From a bacterium (GTDB lineage Bacteria > UBA8248), in the NCBI GenBank assembly GCA_965207065.1, contig OZ242260.1, forward strand, positions 1,568,001 to 1,632,000: DNA of 64,000 nt. The letters run 5' to 3'. The notes under the pieces were generated by a model that made no database searches, was not told the DNA's origin, and saw only the letters and a list, made by a program, of their open reading frames with translations. The position numbers and the translations under genes are program-made. Of the stretch, positions 11,378 to 20,247 are shown piece by piece. How positions within the stretch are numbered: the first letter of the stretch is position 1; each line of letters starts with the position of its first letter.

Positions 11378-11397
11378 AATTACGATATATCGTAATT
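11378..11397. promoter_or_regulatory. Perfect 20-bp palindrome, candidate bEBP upstream activating sequence
   Basis: AATTACGATATATCGTAATT about 120 bp upstream of the predicted sigma54 start; degenerate copy at 10764-10783. Confidence 0.6.
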
Positions 11398-11481
11398 ATG
11401 GGCCATAATTTAATTCATCCTGCAAACCATTTCCCGTTGTAAAACCTTGTAAGTTAGCTGGTTTCTGTGAATTTCCAGTTT

Positions 11482-11497
11482 TGGCACGAATATTGCT
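11482..11497 (+). promoter_or_regulatory. Sigma54 -24/-12 promoter
   Basis: TGGCACGAATATTGCT, consensus match. Confidence 0.85.
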
Positions 11498-11556
11498 TAT
11501 AAATATAGACAAAGGAGTTTTCTGAGTACCGCAGTATGAGGGAAAGGAGGCGCGAG

Positions 11557-11757
11557 ATGGAATTCATCAAGATGTACGCAATGGCGGGGCTTCCGGTTTT
11601 ATTCGTATTCGCCGCGATTTGGTGGTTCATGACCTCCAGCATCATCCATCAGCCTCGGGCGAAAGCAGCTCAGACGAATGACGCCAGGATAGCCCTGGTC
11701 GAAACGAAACTGCTGGACGCCATCAACCCGGAATCGGAATTGCGGAAAGCCGCCTAG
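11557..11757 (+). CDS. Single-TM microprotein (66 aa) ending LRKAA
   Basis: RBS AGGAGG; MEFIKMYAMAGLPVLFVFAAIWWF aligns with MEFLSSYFMVALPVFIAFVAIWWF. Confidence 0.78.
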   Translation: MEFIKMYAMAGLPVLFVFAAIWWFMTSSIIHQPRAKAAQTNDARIALVETKLLDAINPESELRKAA

Positions 11758-11794
11758 AGACGTGGCTCAGGAATTCAGGAAACGGAGAGAAACG

Positions 11795-12265
11795 ATGTAC
11801 GAGCGAATACTGATTCCCCTGGACGGTTCGGAAGAGGCGGAAGCCGCCGTGCATGAGGTGGTCCACCTCTCGATGAACCCGCAAGTTGTTCATCTGCAAC
11901 TGGTGGAAAACGGCGTCATGCAGTCGCGGCAGCTGGAAGGCTACACGGTGTACGCCGATCAGATTCACGATGCGCGCGCCAGGTTCGGCGATGCGTATCT
12001 CGAACCCTTGCGTCGGATGCTGGGAGACCGGGGCCTGCGCGTCGAGGTTTCCGTGACGAACGGCGCGCCGCTGCATGAGGTAGCCGGGACGGCGGAGAAA
12101 CTGGACGCCGACCTCATTCTCCTCGGCGCCGGAGAGGGAGGATGGCTGAGGCGGCGCATCGGGCTGTCGCACATCGCCCCGCGTCTCGCGAAGAAAGTGA
12201 AAGCCCACGTCCTGCTGGTGCAGGGAGGGGCGAAACAGAAAGAGGCTCTCCAGAGAGCCGCATAG
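11795..12265 (+). CDS. Universal stress protein (UspA family)
   Basis: MYERILIPLDGS, ADLILLGA, HVLLV. Confidence 0.88.
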   Translation: MYERILIPLDGSEEAEAAVHEVVHLSMNPQVVHLQLVENGVMQSRQLEGYTVYADQIHDARARFGDAYLEPLRRMLGDRGLRVEVSVTNGAPLHEVAGTAEKLDADLILLGAGEGGWLRRRIGLSHIAPRLAKKVKAHVLLVQGGAKQKEALQRAA

Positions 12266-12447
12266 AAAATCCTGCCGTGGCCCAACCAATGGGCCGCGCC
12301 CCACATACCTCCCCCTCGGTGGCCCACGCCATCCGGCAACGGGCCGCCGGGAGGGGAATCCTCACTTTCCATGATCAGAGTCGTTCCTTAGCCAACACCC
12401 GGATGCTAGAATCTCGCCACATTCATGATTCGCGTAAGGAGTGAAGG

Positions 12448-13344
12448 GTGAGAATCGGTATCCTGTGTCGGGACAAGACCCTACACGGCGTGCGCAGAAT
12501 TTCAGAATCCGCAAGGAGCAGGAAGCACCGGGTGCGCGTGCTGGATCCGTATCGCTTTCTGCTGAAGCTGAACGATGGAGAAATATCGCTCGAATTCCGC
12601 GGAAAACCCTTTACGAGGGCGGACGTATATCTTCCGCGCCTCGGGGCGAACATATCCGAGCATTCCCTGGCGCTCATCCGCCACCTGGAAGCTTCCGGCG
12701 CATTGGTGATCAACGGCTCAGGCGCGATCGAGACGGCGCGGGACAAGCTGCGAACGCTTCAGCTTCTGGCGCAAGAGGGACTTCCCGTACCGAATACTGC
12801 CTTCGCGCCCGACCCGGCCTATCTGCGCGCTGCGCTGGATAGCGTTGGAGGCGCGCCCGTCGTCATGAAGCTGCCGCGCGGCACGCAGGGCAAGGGCGTC
12901 ATGCGCGCCCACGACGCCCAGGAAGCGCAGGCCATATCCGATGTGATGTGGAACCTGCAGCGGGACGCCATCGTCCAGGAATACGTCGAAGAGGCCAGGA
13001 AGGGGGATTTGCGCGTCATCGTCGTGGGCGGTGAAGTGGCGGCCGCCGTAAGAAGGCGCGCCTCGCGGGATGAGTTTCGCACGAACCTGCATCGCGGCGG
13101 CTCCGTCAAGAAAGTCACGCCTGCACGGCATGTGGCGGAACTCGCCAGAGACGCCGCAAAACTCTGCGGCCTTGAGATCGCGGGCGTGGATTTGCTCGAG
13201 ACGAGCAGGGGCCCTCTGGTCCTGGAGGTGAACGCCGCGCCCGGCTTCGAGGGCGTGGAGCGCGCCGGCGGTCCCGAGGTCGCGCCGGTCATCATCGACT
13301 ACGTCGAGCGGCGTGTTGAGGAGCGTAAGAAGAAAAAGAGGTGA
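12448..13344 (+). CDS. rimK: RimK family ATP-grasp alpha-L-glutamate ligase
   Basis: ARDKLRTLQLL, GTQGKGV, EFRTNLHRGG, LEVNAAPG. Confidence 0.85.
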   Translation: MRIGILCRDKTLHGVRRISESARSRKHRVRVLDPYRFLLKLNDGEISLEFRGKPFTRADVYLPRLGANISEHSLALIRHLEASGALVINGSGAIETARDKLRTLQLLAQEGLPVPNTAFAPDPAYLRAALDSVGGAPVVMKLPRGTQGKGVMRAHDAQEAQAISDVMWNLQRDAIVQEYVEEARKGDLRVIVVGGEVAAAVRRRASRDEFRTNLHRGGSVKKVTPARHVAELARDAAKLCGLEIAGVDLLETSRGPLVLEVNAAPGFEGVERAGGPEVAPVIIDYVERRVEERKKKKR

Positions 13345-13402
13345 ATCGTTTGCCGGTCGATTCGCTCCGGCCTATAATCCAGCGCTGGTTTTCGGGAACT
13401 GA

Positions 13403-14731
13403 TTGAGGAGACTCGACTTGAGCGACATCGACGCCATATGCCTTGCGGCGAGGAGTGCGGCCCTCGCGCTTGCGCCCCTGACGAACGAGGTGCGGAATCG
13501 TGCCTTGGCCGCCATGGCGGACGCGATTGACGAAAACTCGGGGTCTATCCTCGAGGCGAATGCGGAAGACGCCGCCGCGGCGGAACCCTTGGTCGCGAGC
13601 GGGGAGATGTCCGAGCCTTTGCTGAGACGCCTGGAACTGAGCGAGCGCAAAGTCGCGCAGATGGCGGACGGCGCGCGCGCGGTGGCCGCCCTGCCCGACC
13701 CCCTGGGGGTGGCGCGCATGGCTACCCTGCTCGATGAGGAGTTGACGCTCAGGCGGGTCACCTGTCCCCTGGGCGTGGTCGCCGCCGTGTTTGAATCCCG
13801 GCCCGACGCGCTGGTCCAGATCGCATCGCTGTGCCTGAAATCCGGCAACGCCTCCATCCTGAAGGGGGGCCGCGAGGCAGCGCACACGAACCGCCTGATG
13901 TCCGGGCTTTTAAGAGACGCGGCGGCTTCGTCCGGCGATGTGCCCGCCGACGCCTCCCAACTCGTCGAGGCGCGCGAGGACGTGCAGGCCCTCCTTTCGC
14001 GCGACGATGCGGTCGACCTGCTCATACCGCGCGGGAGCAACGAGTTCGTCCGCTACATCAAGCAGCACTCGAACATCCCGGTGCTCGGCCACGCGGACGG
14101 CATCTGCCACCTCTACGTGGACGAGGCGGCTGACACCGAGATGGCCGTACGGCTGACGTTCGACGCCAAGACGCAATACCCCGCCGTCTGCAACGCCATC
14201 GAGACGCTCCTGGTGCACGAGAAAAAAGCGGGCGAGTTCCTGCCCCTGGCCGCCGAGGCGCTCAAGGAAAAGGGAGTGGCCATCCGGGGCTGTGATGCCA
14301 CGCGGGCGATTCTCGAAAGCGCAGGCGCGGCTTCTGAAGAGGACTGGAATACGGAATATCTGGACCTCATCCTCTCCGTCCGGGTGGTGGAATCTCTGGC
14401 CCAGGCCGTTGATCACATCAACCGCTACGGCTCGCGCCACACCGACGCCATCGTCACGGCGGACGAGGCGGCGGCGCGGACGTTTCTTTCGAGAGTGGAC
14501 GCCGCCAGCGTCATGTGGAACGCGTCCACCCGCCTGGCGGATGGTTTCCGCTACGGTTTCGGCGCCGAGGTGGGCATCGCCACGGACAAGATTCACGCAC
14601 GCGGCCCCGTGGGTCTGGAAGGCCTGGTGACCTACAAGTACCAGCTCGAGGGAAACGGCCAACTCGTCTCCGACTACGAGGGGGCCGATGCGCGGGTCTT
14701 CCTCCACCGGCCGATTCCCATAAACGAATAG
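13403..14731 (+). CDS. proA: Gamma-glutamyl phosphate reductase
   Basis: PLGVVAAVFESRP, ILKGGREA, CNAIETLL, NASTRLADG, HARGPVGL; exact start uncertain. Confidence 0.93.
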   Translation: MRRLDLSDIDAICLAARSAALALAPLTNEVRNRALAAMADAIDENSGSILEANAEDAAAAEPLVASGEMSEPLLRRLELSERKVAQMADGARAVAALPDPLGVARMATLLDEELTLRRVTCPLGVVAAVFESRPDALVQIASLCLKSGNASILKGGREAAHTNRLMSGLLRDAAASSGDVPADASQLVEAREDVQALLSRDDAVDLLIPRGSNEFVRYIKQHSNIPVLGHADGICHLYVDEAADTEMAVRLTFDAKTQYPAVCNAIETLLVHEKKAGEFLPLAAEALKEKGVAIRGCDATRAILESAGAASEEDWNTEYLDLILSVRVVESLAQAVDHINRYGSRHTDAIVTADEAAARTFLSRVDAASVMWNASTRLADGFRYGFGAEVGIATDKIHARGPVGLEGLVTYKYQLEGNGQLVSDYEGADARVFLHRPIPINE

Positions 14732-14753
14732 AGCGCTTGGGACGCCTTGGGAC

Positions 14754-15077
14754 TTGGGCAAGTGGGTCGTCGTCTCGTTCCTCGTCCTGGGCGGTGCGTT
14801 CGTCGTCTTTCTGCTCGTTTTCCAGAACCCCCGGCAGGAAAAAACGCTCCTCACCACGGGTGAAGGCGCTGCGATCTACCGCCAGACCTGCGCCGTCTGT
14901 CATGGCGCGCGCGGCGAGGGAAAAGGCGGACTCGGGAATCCCCTGCGCGGTCGTAAACTGCCTCTCGCCTATATCAAAGAGGTCATCACGCGGGGCAAAA
15001 ATAAAATGCCCGCCCTGCCTCACATCCAGGGAGAGGCACTCGATAACGTGGCGAGATTCGTGAACGGCCTTCGCTGA
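14754..15077 (+). CDS. Membrane-anchored monoheme cytochrome c
   Basis: N-terminal TM, CAVCH, distal MPA. Confidence 0.85.
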   Translation: MGKWVVVSFLVLGGAFVVFLLVFQNPRQEKTLLTTGEGAAIYRQTCAVCHGARGEGKGGLGNPLRGRKLPLAYIKEVITRGKNKMPALPHIQGEALDNVARFVNGLR

Positions 15078-15181
15078 TTCTTGAGTCGGGCGTGATCCCG
15101 CAACAACGATGATGCGGCGCCTTCGGGGTTGTGGAAAAGTCCCTGGAAGCGACTTTGAGTTTCGCGCGCGCATTTGAAGTC

Positions 15182-15365
15182 CACTCCCCCCTTGAGGGTC
15201 GGTCTCCCTCGGGGAAGACCGACGGTGAGCTAAGGGTGCATACCCGCAAGCGAATCGGTGGGGGGTATGATTGAAATTGCACGATAAAACACGATTCACC
15301 CCCCACCACATCGGCCTTCGTCCAAAGGACTCGGCCTCTGTGACTCCCCCTCAAGGGGGGAGTGA
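15182..15365. mobile_element. MITE-like element with TIRs CACTCCCCCCTTGAGGG / CCCTCAAGGGGGGAGTG
   Basis: Inverted termini; interior shared with 55966-56128 and 61190-61368. Confidence 0.65.
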
Positions 15366-15399
15366 TTTCATGTCAACAAGGGTATTTTCAAGGCAGTTG

Positions 15400-15489
15400 G
15401 TAGGGCCAGGCCCCCGTGCCTGTCCCTGAGAAGCACAACCACGAGAATGGGCATATCCGATACGGGCGGCCACAGGGGGCCGCCCCTAC
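15400..15489. repeat. GTAG-type REP doublet
   Basis: Same REP pair as 5379-5498. Confidence 0.85.
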
Positions 15490-15526
15490 GGCCGAATGCG
15501 GTTTTGCTCGTCATTCCACGCCGGAA

Positions 15527-16306
15527 TCACCCCTCGCTTCGCTCGGCGGTCCTCACCGCGAGAGAAAAACACACCCCGCCGAAGGCGATCATGACGAGCA
15601 CCGAAAGCCAGAGCCCCGGCAGATTGGACACGGCCTCGGGCGCGCTCAGGTAGAGAGTTCTTCTCAGGGCCGCCACGCCGTAGGTGAGCGGGTTCACCTG
15701 CATGATGAGGCCGATGAGCGGGTGCGCGCCCGCGACCGGGAACACCGCGCCCGAGAGCAGCCACAAGGGGATGAGCAGCAGGTTCATGATGGAGTGGAAC
15801 CCCTGGGTGGATTCGATCCGCCAGGCGAGCAGAAGCCCGAGCGCTGTCAGCGCGAAGCCGATCAGGCCCATCACCAGCACCGAGGCGAGAGCCGCTTCGA
15901 GCGTGAGCGGAACGCCCGCCAGAGGGGTGGCGATGAGCAGGAGCACGCCTTGTAAGAGCGCGAGCGTCGCCCCGCCCGTCACCTGACCCAGCACGATGGC
16001 CGAGCGCGGGACGGGCGCTGCGAGCACGCCTTGCAGGAAGCGCGCCTTTCTGTCGTCCACCACGGCGAAGGTGGAGAAGATGGCCGTGAAGAGCACCACC
16101 ATCGCGATGATGCCCGGGTAGAAGTATTCCAGGTAGCCCTCCCCCCCGCCACCTGCGTAGCGGAAGTTCCGTCCGAAGCCGCTGCCCAGCAGCAGCCAGA
16201 AAAGGATGGGCTGGCCGAACGCGCCGATGATGCGGCTGCGCTGGCGGACGAAGCGCACAATCTCGCGCTGCCATATCGTTCCCGTGCAAAGGAGGTAGGG
16301 GGTCAT
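15527..16306 (-). CDS. ABC-2 type transporter permease
   Basis: WQREIVRF, YFYPGII, LSGAVFP, NPLTY. Confidence 0.9.
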   Translation of the reverse strand: MTPYLLCTGTIWQREIVRFVRQRSRIIGAFGQPILFWLLLGSGFGRNFRYAGGGGEGYLEYFYPGIIAMVVLFTAIFSTFAVVDDRKARFLQGVLAAPVPRSAIVLGQVTGGATLALLQGVLLLIATPLAGVPLTLEAALASVLVMGLIGFALTALGLLLAWRIESTQGFHSIMNLLLIPLWLLSGAVFPVAGAHPLIGLIMQVNPLTYGVAALRRTLYLSAPEAVSNLPGLWLSVLVMIAFGGVCFSLAVRTAERSEG

Positions 16307-17277
16307 GATTTTTTCGCTTCCGCAGCGGGGAGGTCCTCGTCCGCGTCGATGAAGCGCTTTCCCGTCTGGTTGATGAACACGTCCTCGAGCGTGGGCTTGC
16401 CCAGCGTGATGGAGCGCACCTCGCCGGGGAAGGCCTCGGCGATCCTGGGGATGGCCGCGTGGGCGTCGCGCATCTCGACGCGAAGCGATCCGTCCACGCT
16501 CTTCACCTCACAGGAGAACATTTTCTCCAGTTTCTCGCGCAGGATTTCCGGCTCTTGCGCCTCGATGGTCAGCACCTCGCCGCCCACTTCCTTCTTGAGC
16601 GCGTCGGGCGCGCCGATGGCGACGAGGTTCCCCTCGTGGATGACGCCGACGCGGTCCGCGTGGTCGGCTTCCTCGATAAAGTGCGTGGTGAGCACGACCG
16701 TGGTGTTCGTCTCGCTCCTCAGGCGCATGAGCTCGTTTCTGAAGTCGATTCTGGCCCCGGGGTCGAGGCCCGTGCTGGGTTCGTCGAGAAACAGTATCTC
16801 GGGCCGGGGCAGGAGCGCTTTGGCGAGTTCCGCCCTGCGCTGAAGCCCGCCGGAGAGCGTCTCGACGTAATCCTTCTTCCGGTCGCTCAGGCCGAATTGC
16901 GCGAGGAGCGCGTCGGCGGCGTTTCGGAGCGTGCTCCCGAGCATGCCGTGGAGTCTGCCGTGGTGGATCATGTTCTCGAACACAGTGAGCTTGGGGTCGA
17001 GCCCCGGTTGCTGAAAGACGACCCCGATTTTCCTTCGCACCGCATGGGGCGCGTCGCGCACCGAATGGCCGAAGACCTGCGCATCGCCCGAAGTGGGGCG
17101 CATGAGGGTGGTGATGATGCGGAAGAGAGTCGTCTTGCCGCCGCCGTTCGGGCCCAGGAGCGCGAATATCTCGCCCTCTGAAACCTCGAAGCGCACGTCC
17201 TTGAGCGCAGTGCGGCTGCCGTAGCGGTGGGTGACGCCTTCAACGGCGAGAGCGGGGTTCTGATCCAATGCGCTCAT
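16303..17277 (-). CDS. ABC transporter ATP-binding protein (DrrA-like)
   Basis: GPNGGGKTT, LSGG, LDEPSTGLDP, PTLEDVF. Confidence 0.92.
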   Translation of the reverse strand: MSALDQNPALAVEGVTHRYGSRTALKDVRFEVSEGEIFALLGPNGGGKTTLFRIITTLMRPTSGDAQVFGHSVRDAPHAVRRKIGVVFQQPGLDPKLTVFENMIHHGRLHGMLGSTLRNAADALLAQFGLSDRKKDYVETLSGGLQRRAELAKALLPRPEILFLDEPSTGLDPGARIDFRNELMRLRSETNTTVVLTTHFIEEADHADRVGVIHEGNLVAIGAPDALKKEVGGEVLTIEAQEPEILREKLEKMFSCEVKSVDGSLRVEMRDAHAAIPRIAEAFPGEVRSITLGKPTLEDVFINQTGKRFIDADEDLPAAEAKKS

Positions 17278-17642
17278 TCCCCATCATCGTCGGGTGAGAG
17301 TTTCCGGTTGAAATAATAGTCCGCGTTCAGCCAGATGGCGCGGGAGTAGCGGAACGAGAATAGCGGAATCAGGATGCAAAGCCCACCCCATATGACGAGC
17401 TGCGCCGCAAGGCCGGGCGCGAGGAATATCTCGGTGAGCAGATAGCCGCCCAGGCAGATGATGATCGTGATGGCGTAGTTGATGTAGATGGCGCCGACGA
17501 AATAGCCCTGCTCACGCTCGAAGAGGTAGCCGCAGCCCGGGCATCGTTCGTGCATGCGGAATGGGCCGGTGAAAAGGGGTTCGGGGCATCTCGGGCATAT
17601 CAGGGCGCACCCGCGTCTTAAGGCGCGCAGGAATTCTCTCAT
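17274..17642 (-). CDS. DUF983-like zinc-ribbon membrane protein
   Basis: Start MREFLRALRRG (ATGA overlap); CPRC...CPGC, EREQGYFVGA, two TM. Confidence 0.75.
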   Translation of the reverse strand: MREFLRALRRGCALICPRCPEPLFTGPFRMHERCPGCGYLFEREQGYFVGAIYINYAITIIICLGGYLLTEIFLAPGLAAQLVIWGGLCILIPLFSFRYSRAIWLNADYYFNRKLSPDDDGE

Positions 17643-18064
17643 GCCCCCGGGTAGAAGACGTAGAGTATCAAGTAGACCGCGACGCCCGTGAACGAAACAT
17701 AGAGCCAGATGGGGTAGGTCCAGCGGGCGATGCGGCGGTGCCGCTCGAAATCCTCCCGCCACGCCCTGTAGAGGGTGATGACCGCCATGGGCGGCACCAG
17801 GACCGCCAGGGCCGAATGCGTGATGAGGATGATGAAATACACCGGACGAATCCAGCCTGTGCCGGTGAAGCCCACCGAGCCCACGTTGAAGTGGTAGACG
17901 AGATAGGAGATGAGGAATAGAGTGGAGACCGCGAACGCGCTCACCATGAGACGCTTGTGGGCTTCCACGTCTTTGACGTAGATGCGCCTCATCCCCGCCA
18001 TGAGCAGGAATGCGCACGTGAGGTTCAACAAGGCGTTCAGGGTGGGCAGATATCGAAGCGACAT
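17639..18064 (-). CDS. DUF420 (CtaM/YozB-like) oxidase assembly membrane protein
   Basis: LNALLN, AHKRLM, FLISYLVYH, HRRIARWTYPIWLYVS. Confidence 0.88.
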   Translation of the reverse strand: MSLRYLPTLNALLNLTCAFLLMAGMRRIYVKDVEAHKRLMVSAFAVSTLFLISYLVYHFNVGSVGFTGTGWIRPVYFIILITHSALAVLVPPMAVITLYRAWREDFERHRRIARWTYPIWLYVSFTGVAVYLILYVFYPGA

Positions 18065-18110
18065 GAATTATGTATTTTTTATATAACGTCTGGCGTAGGG
18101 TAGGAGCGGC

Positions 18111-18407
18111 CTAAAAATCCGGCAGCACCATCAACACCACGAACACGCACAGCACGAGCGGTATCATGGCGATGAAGCCCAGCGCCACTTTCTCGAACTT
18201 CAGGTGCATGAAGTAAAGCGCCACGAGCACCGCCTTGGCCACGGCCATGCCAACGAGGAGCGCCCCCTTCAAAAGCTGCGGATAGGCGGGACTCGCCTGG
18301 GGGATGCCGGCCAGGACCTCGAGTATCGTGAGCGCCAGGAGCCACCAGAAGATGGCCATGTAGTTCACGTGGTGGTCGTCGTGTTCCGAGTGGCTTGCGC
18401 TCGCCAT
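18111..18407 (-). CDS. ctaF: Cytochrome c oxidase subunit IV family
   Basis: His-rich N-terminus, LLALTILEV, AKAVLVALYFMHLKFE. Confidence 0.85.
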   Translation of the reverse strand: MASASHSEHDDHHVNYMAIFWWLLALTILEVLAGIPQASPAYPQLLKGALLVGMAVAKAVLVALYFMHLKFEKVALGFIAMIPLVLCVFVVLMVLPDF

Positions 18408-18464
18408 GATGTATGTGCTCTCCCTCGAACGAACCGGGCGCGCTCAGGCGCTTGCCCGTGATGA

Positions 18465-19088
18465 TTACAGTAGATAAATGAACGTGAAGACGAGAATCCA
18501 GACGAGGTCCACGAAGTGCCAGTAGAGGCCCGCGATTTCCACCTCGTTCCAGTTCGTCGCCGAATAAACGCCCTTTTGGCCGCGCATCGCGATGACGGCC
18601 AGATAGATGACGCCGCCGGTCACGTGCATCCCGTGGAAGCCCGTGATGATGTAGAAGGTGGTGCCGAAGAGGCTGTCGCCCCACTTGTTGGCCGAAAGGT
18701 GGAGGCCCAAATTGATCAGATGGGTCCACTCATAGGCTTGTAAGGCGAGGAATATGAGTCCGCCGCCTACGGTGAGCCACATGTACTTCACCAGGCCCGC
18801 CTGATCGTCATTTTTGATGGCGTCCAGGCCCTTCACCATGGTGACGCTGCTGCATATGAGCAGGAACGTCATGAACGCGGTGAGCGAAATGCCCAGCACG
18901 TCCACGGGCACCGGCCAGTTCTCGCTGTTGCCCCGCATGATGGCGTAGCCCGCCAACAGGGTCCCGAACGACATGGCGTCGCCCGCCAGAAATACCCACA
19001 TCCCCAGCTTGCCCCAGCTTTCGGGGGTAAGCGGAGTTTCCGCTGGTTCCACTCCGTGGGCGTGATCCACGGCGGCGGCATCAGTCAC
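18465..19088 (-). CDS. ctaE: Cytochrome c oxidase subunit III (copy 2)
   Basis: KLGMWVFL, LICSSVTM, TGFHGMHV, LYWHFVDLVW. Confidence 0.9.
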   Translation of the reverse strand: MTDAAAVDHAHGVEPAETPLTPESWGKLGMWVFLAGDAMSFGTLLAGYAIMRGNSENWPVPVDVLGISLTAFMTFLLICSSVTMVKGLDAIKNDDQAGLVKYMWLTVGGGLIFLALQAYEWTHLINLGLHLSANKWGDSLFGTTFYIITGFHGMHVTGGVIYLAVIAMRGQKGVYSATNWNEVEIAGLYWHFVDLVWILVFTFIYLL

Positions 19089-19103
19089 TTCGCCTTCTCC
19101 TTC

Positions 19104-19340
19104 TTATTCAGAAAATATGCCTTTGTTCGCCGGCTCTCTCTTTGCGCGCCGGGAATTGTATACGAAATAACCGCCCGTGACCGTTGCGATCGCGAACGGC
19201 ATGCTGATCAGAAAGCCCATGCTCCAGAGAAAACCAGGCTCCGAGTCCACCCCGCACACCGCGCAGGCGAAGGCGTGATCCTGACTTGAGAGGACGACGC
19301 CAAAGGCTGTGGCGATGAGAATGTAAACGACCGGTTTCAC
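19104..19340 (-). CDS. Small exported CxxC membrane protein (78 aa)
   Basis: GTG start with RBS AGGAG; signal peptide ending AFA followed by CAVC, then one TM. Confidence 0.7.
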   Translation of the reverse strand: MKPVVYILIATAFGVVLSSQDHAFACAVCGVDSEPGFLWSMGFLISMPFAIATVTGGYFVYNSRRAKREPANKGIFSE

Positions 19341-19411
19341 CTGATTCTCCTTGAAGCGAGTATGCCACCCGCTTCGGGAAAGTGTCAACGTTTTCAGCGG
19401 TTCCTGCACCG

Positions 19412-20122
19412 CTACAACAGGTAGACCAGATAGAACAGAATCGGCCAAAGCCCAACCACCAGATGCCAGTACATTGCGCATGCGACGACCCCGTTGGGTT
19501 TGCGGGCGGAGTATTTTCCCAGATGCGCGCGAACGAGTACCACGACCAGCCAGACGACCGCGCTCAGCACGTGAACCCCGTGCGTTCCGATGATGGTGTA
19601 GAATAGCGATCCGTAGACGTTCGCCGACGCGGTAAGCCCGAAGCTGACCAGGCGCACCCACTCGTAGCCCTGTATGGCGAGGAAGACGACGCCCAGAACG
19701 CCCGTGATGGTAAGCAGACGCGGCAGGGACTTCGCGTCGCCTCTTTTCAGCGCAAGCTGCGCGCGGACCATCGTGTAGCTGCTGAGCAGCAGGAAGGCCG
19801 TGTTGACGGCGGTGACTTCCACTGGCAGGCGCGGCTGGAATGGCGGCGGCCAGGGCTTTCCGCTGAAGCGAAAGACCAGAAAGGCCCCAATGAGGCCCGA
19901 GAAGAACATGATTTCAGCCGCGATCAAGACCAGCATGGCGAGCTGGGTGTTTCCAAGCAAAGGTTTTCCGGCGGGAGGCGTATCCGGGGAGTCGTCTCCT
20001 CCTCCGTTTCCGTTGCCCCCGTTATCGTCGGGTGGTTCCGGCGGAGGCGGAGGAGGCGCGCCTTCCCATCGCTCCAGTTTTTCTTTCGGAGGCGCATCGA
20101 GTACCGGATTCAACGAGGCCAC
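19412..20122 (-). CDS. ctaE: Cytochrome c oxidase subunit III (copy 1)
   Basis: AEIMFF, NTAFLLLSS, GTHGVHV, MYWHLV; Pro/Gly-rich N-terminal extension. Confidence 0.9.
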   Translation of the reverse strand: MASLNPVLDAPPKEKLERWEGAPPPPPPEPPDDNGGNGNGGGDDSPDTPPAGKPLLGNTQLAMLVLIAAEIMFFSGLIGAFLVFRFSGKPWPPPFQPRLPVEVTAVNTAFLLLSSYTMVRAQLALKRGDAKSLPRLLTITGVLGVVFLAIQGYEWVRLVSFGLTASANVYGSLFYTIIGTHGVHVLSAVVWLVVVLVRAHLGKYSARKPNGVVACAMYWHLVVGLWPILFYLVYLL

Positions 20123-20128
20123 TCCCGT

Positions 20129-20239
20129 CTAGTTCCTGATGATGGCCACGGTCCACGCGAACGCGGCCAGGCACACGATGAAGAGAAAAAGCAAAAGCCC
20201 GGTGAGCCTGATCCTGTTTTTTGTTTGTGGCTTGTCCAT
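20129..20239 (-). CDS. 36-aa single-TM peptide within the cox operon
   Basis: MDKPQTKNRIRLTGLLLFLFIVCLAAFAWTVAIIRN, RBS GAGG; fills the gap between ctaB and ctaE. Confidence 0.6.
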   Translation of the reverse strand: MDKPQTKNRIRLTGLLLFLFIVCLAAFAWTVAIIRN

Positions 20240-20247
20240 CGGCAGCC

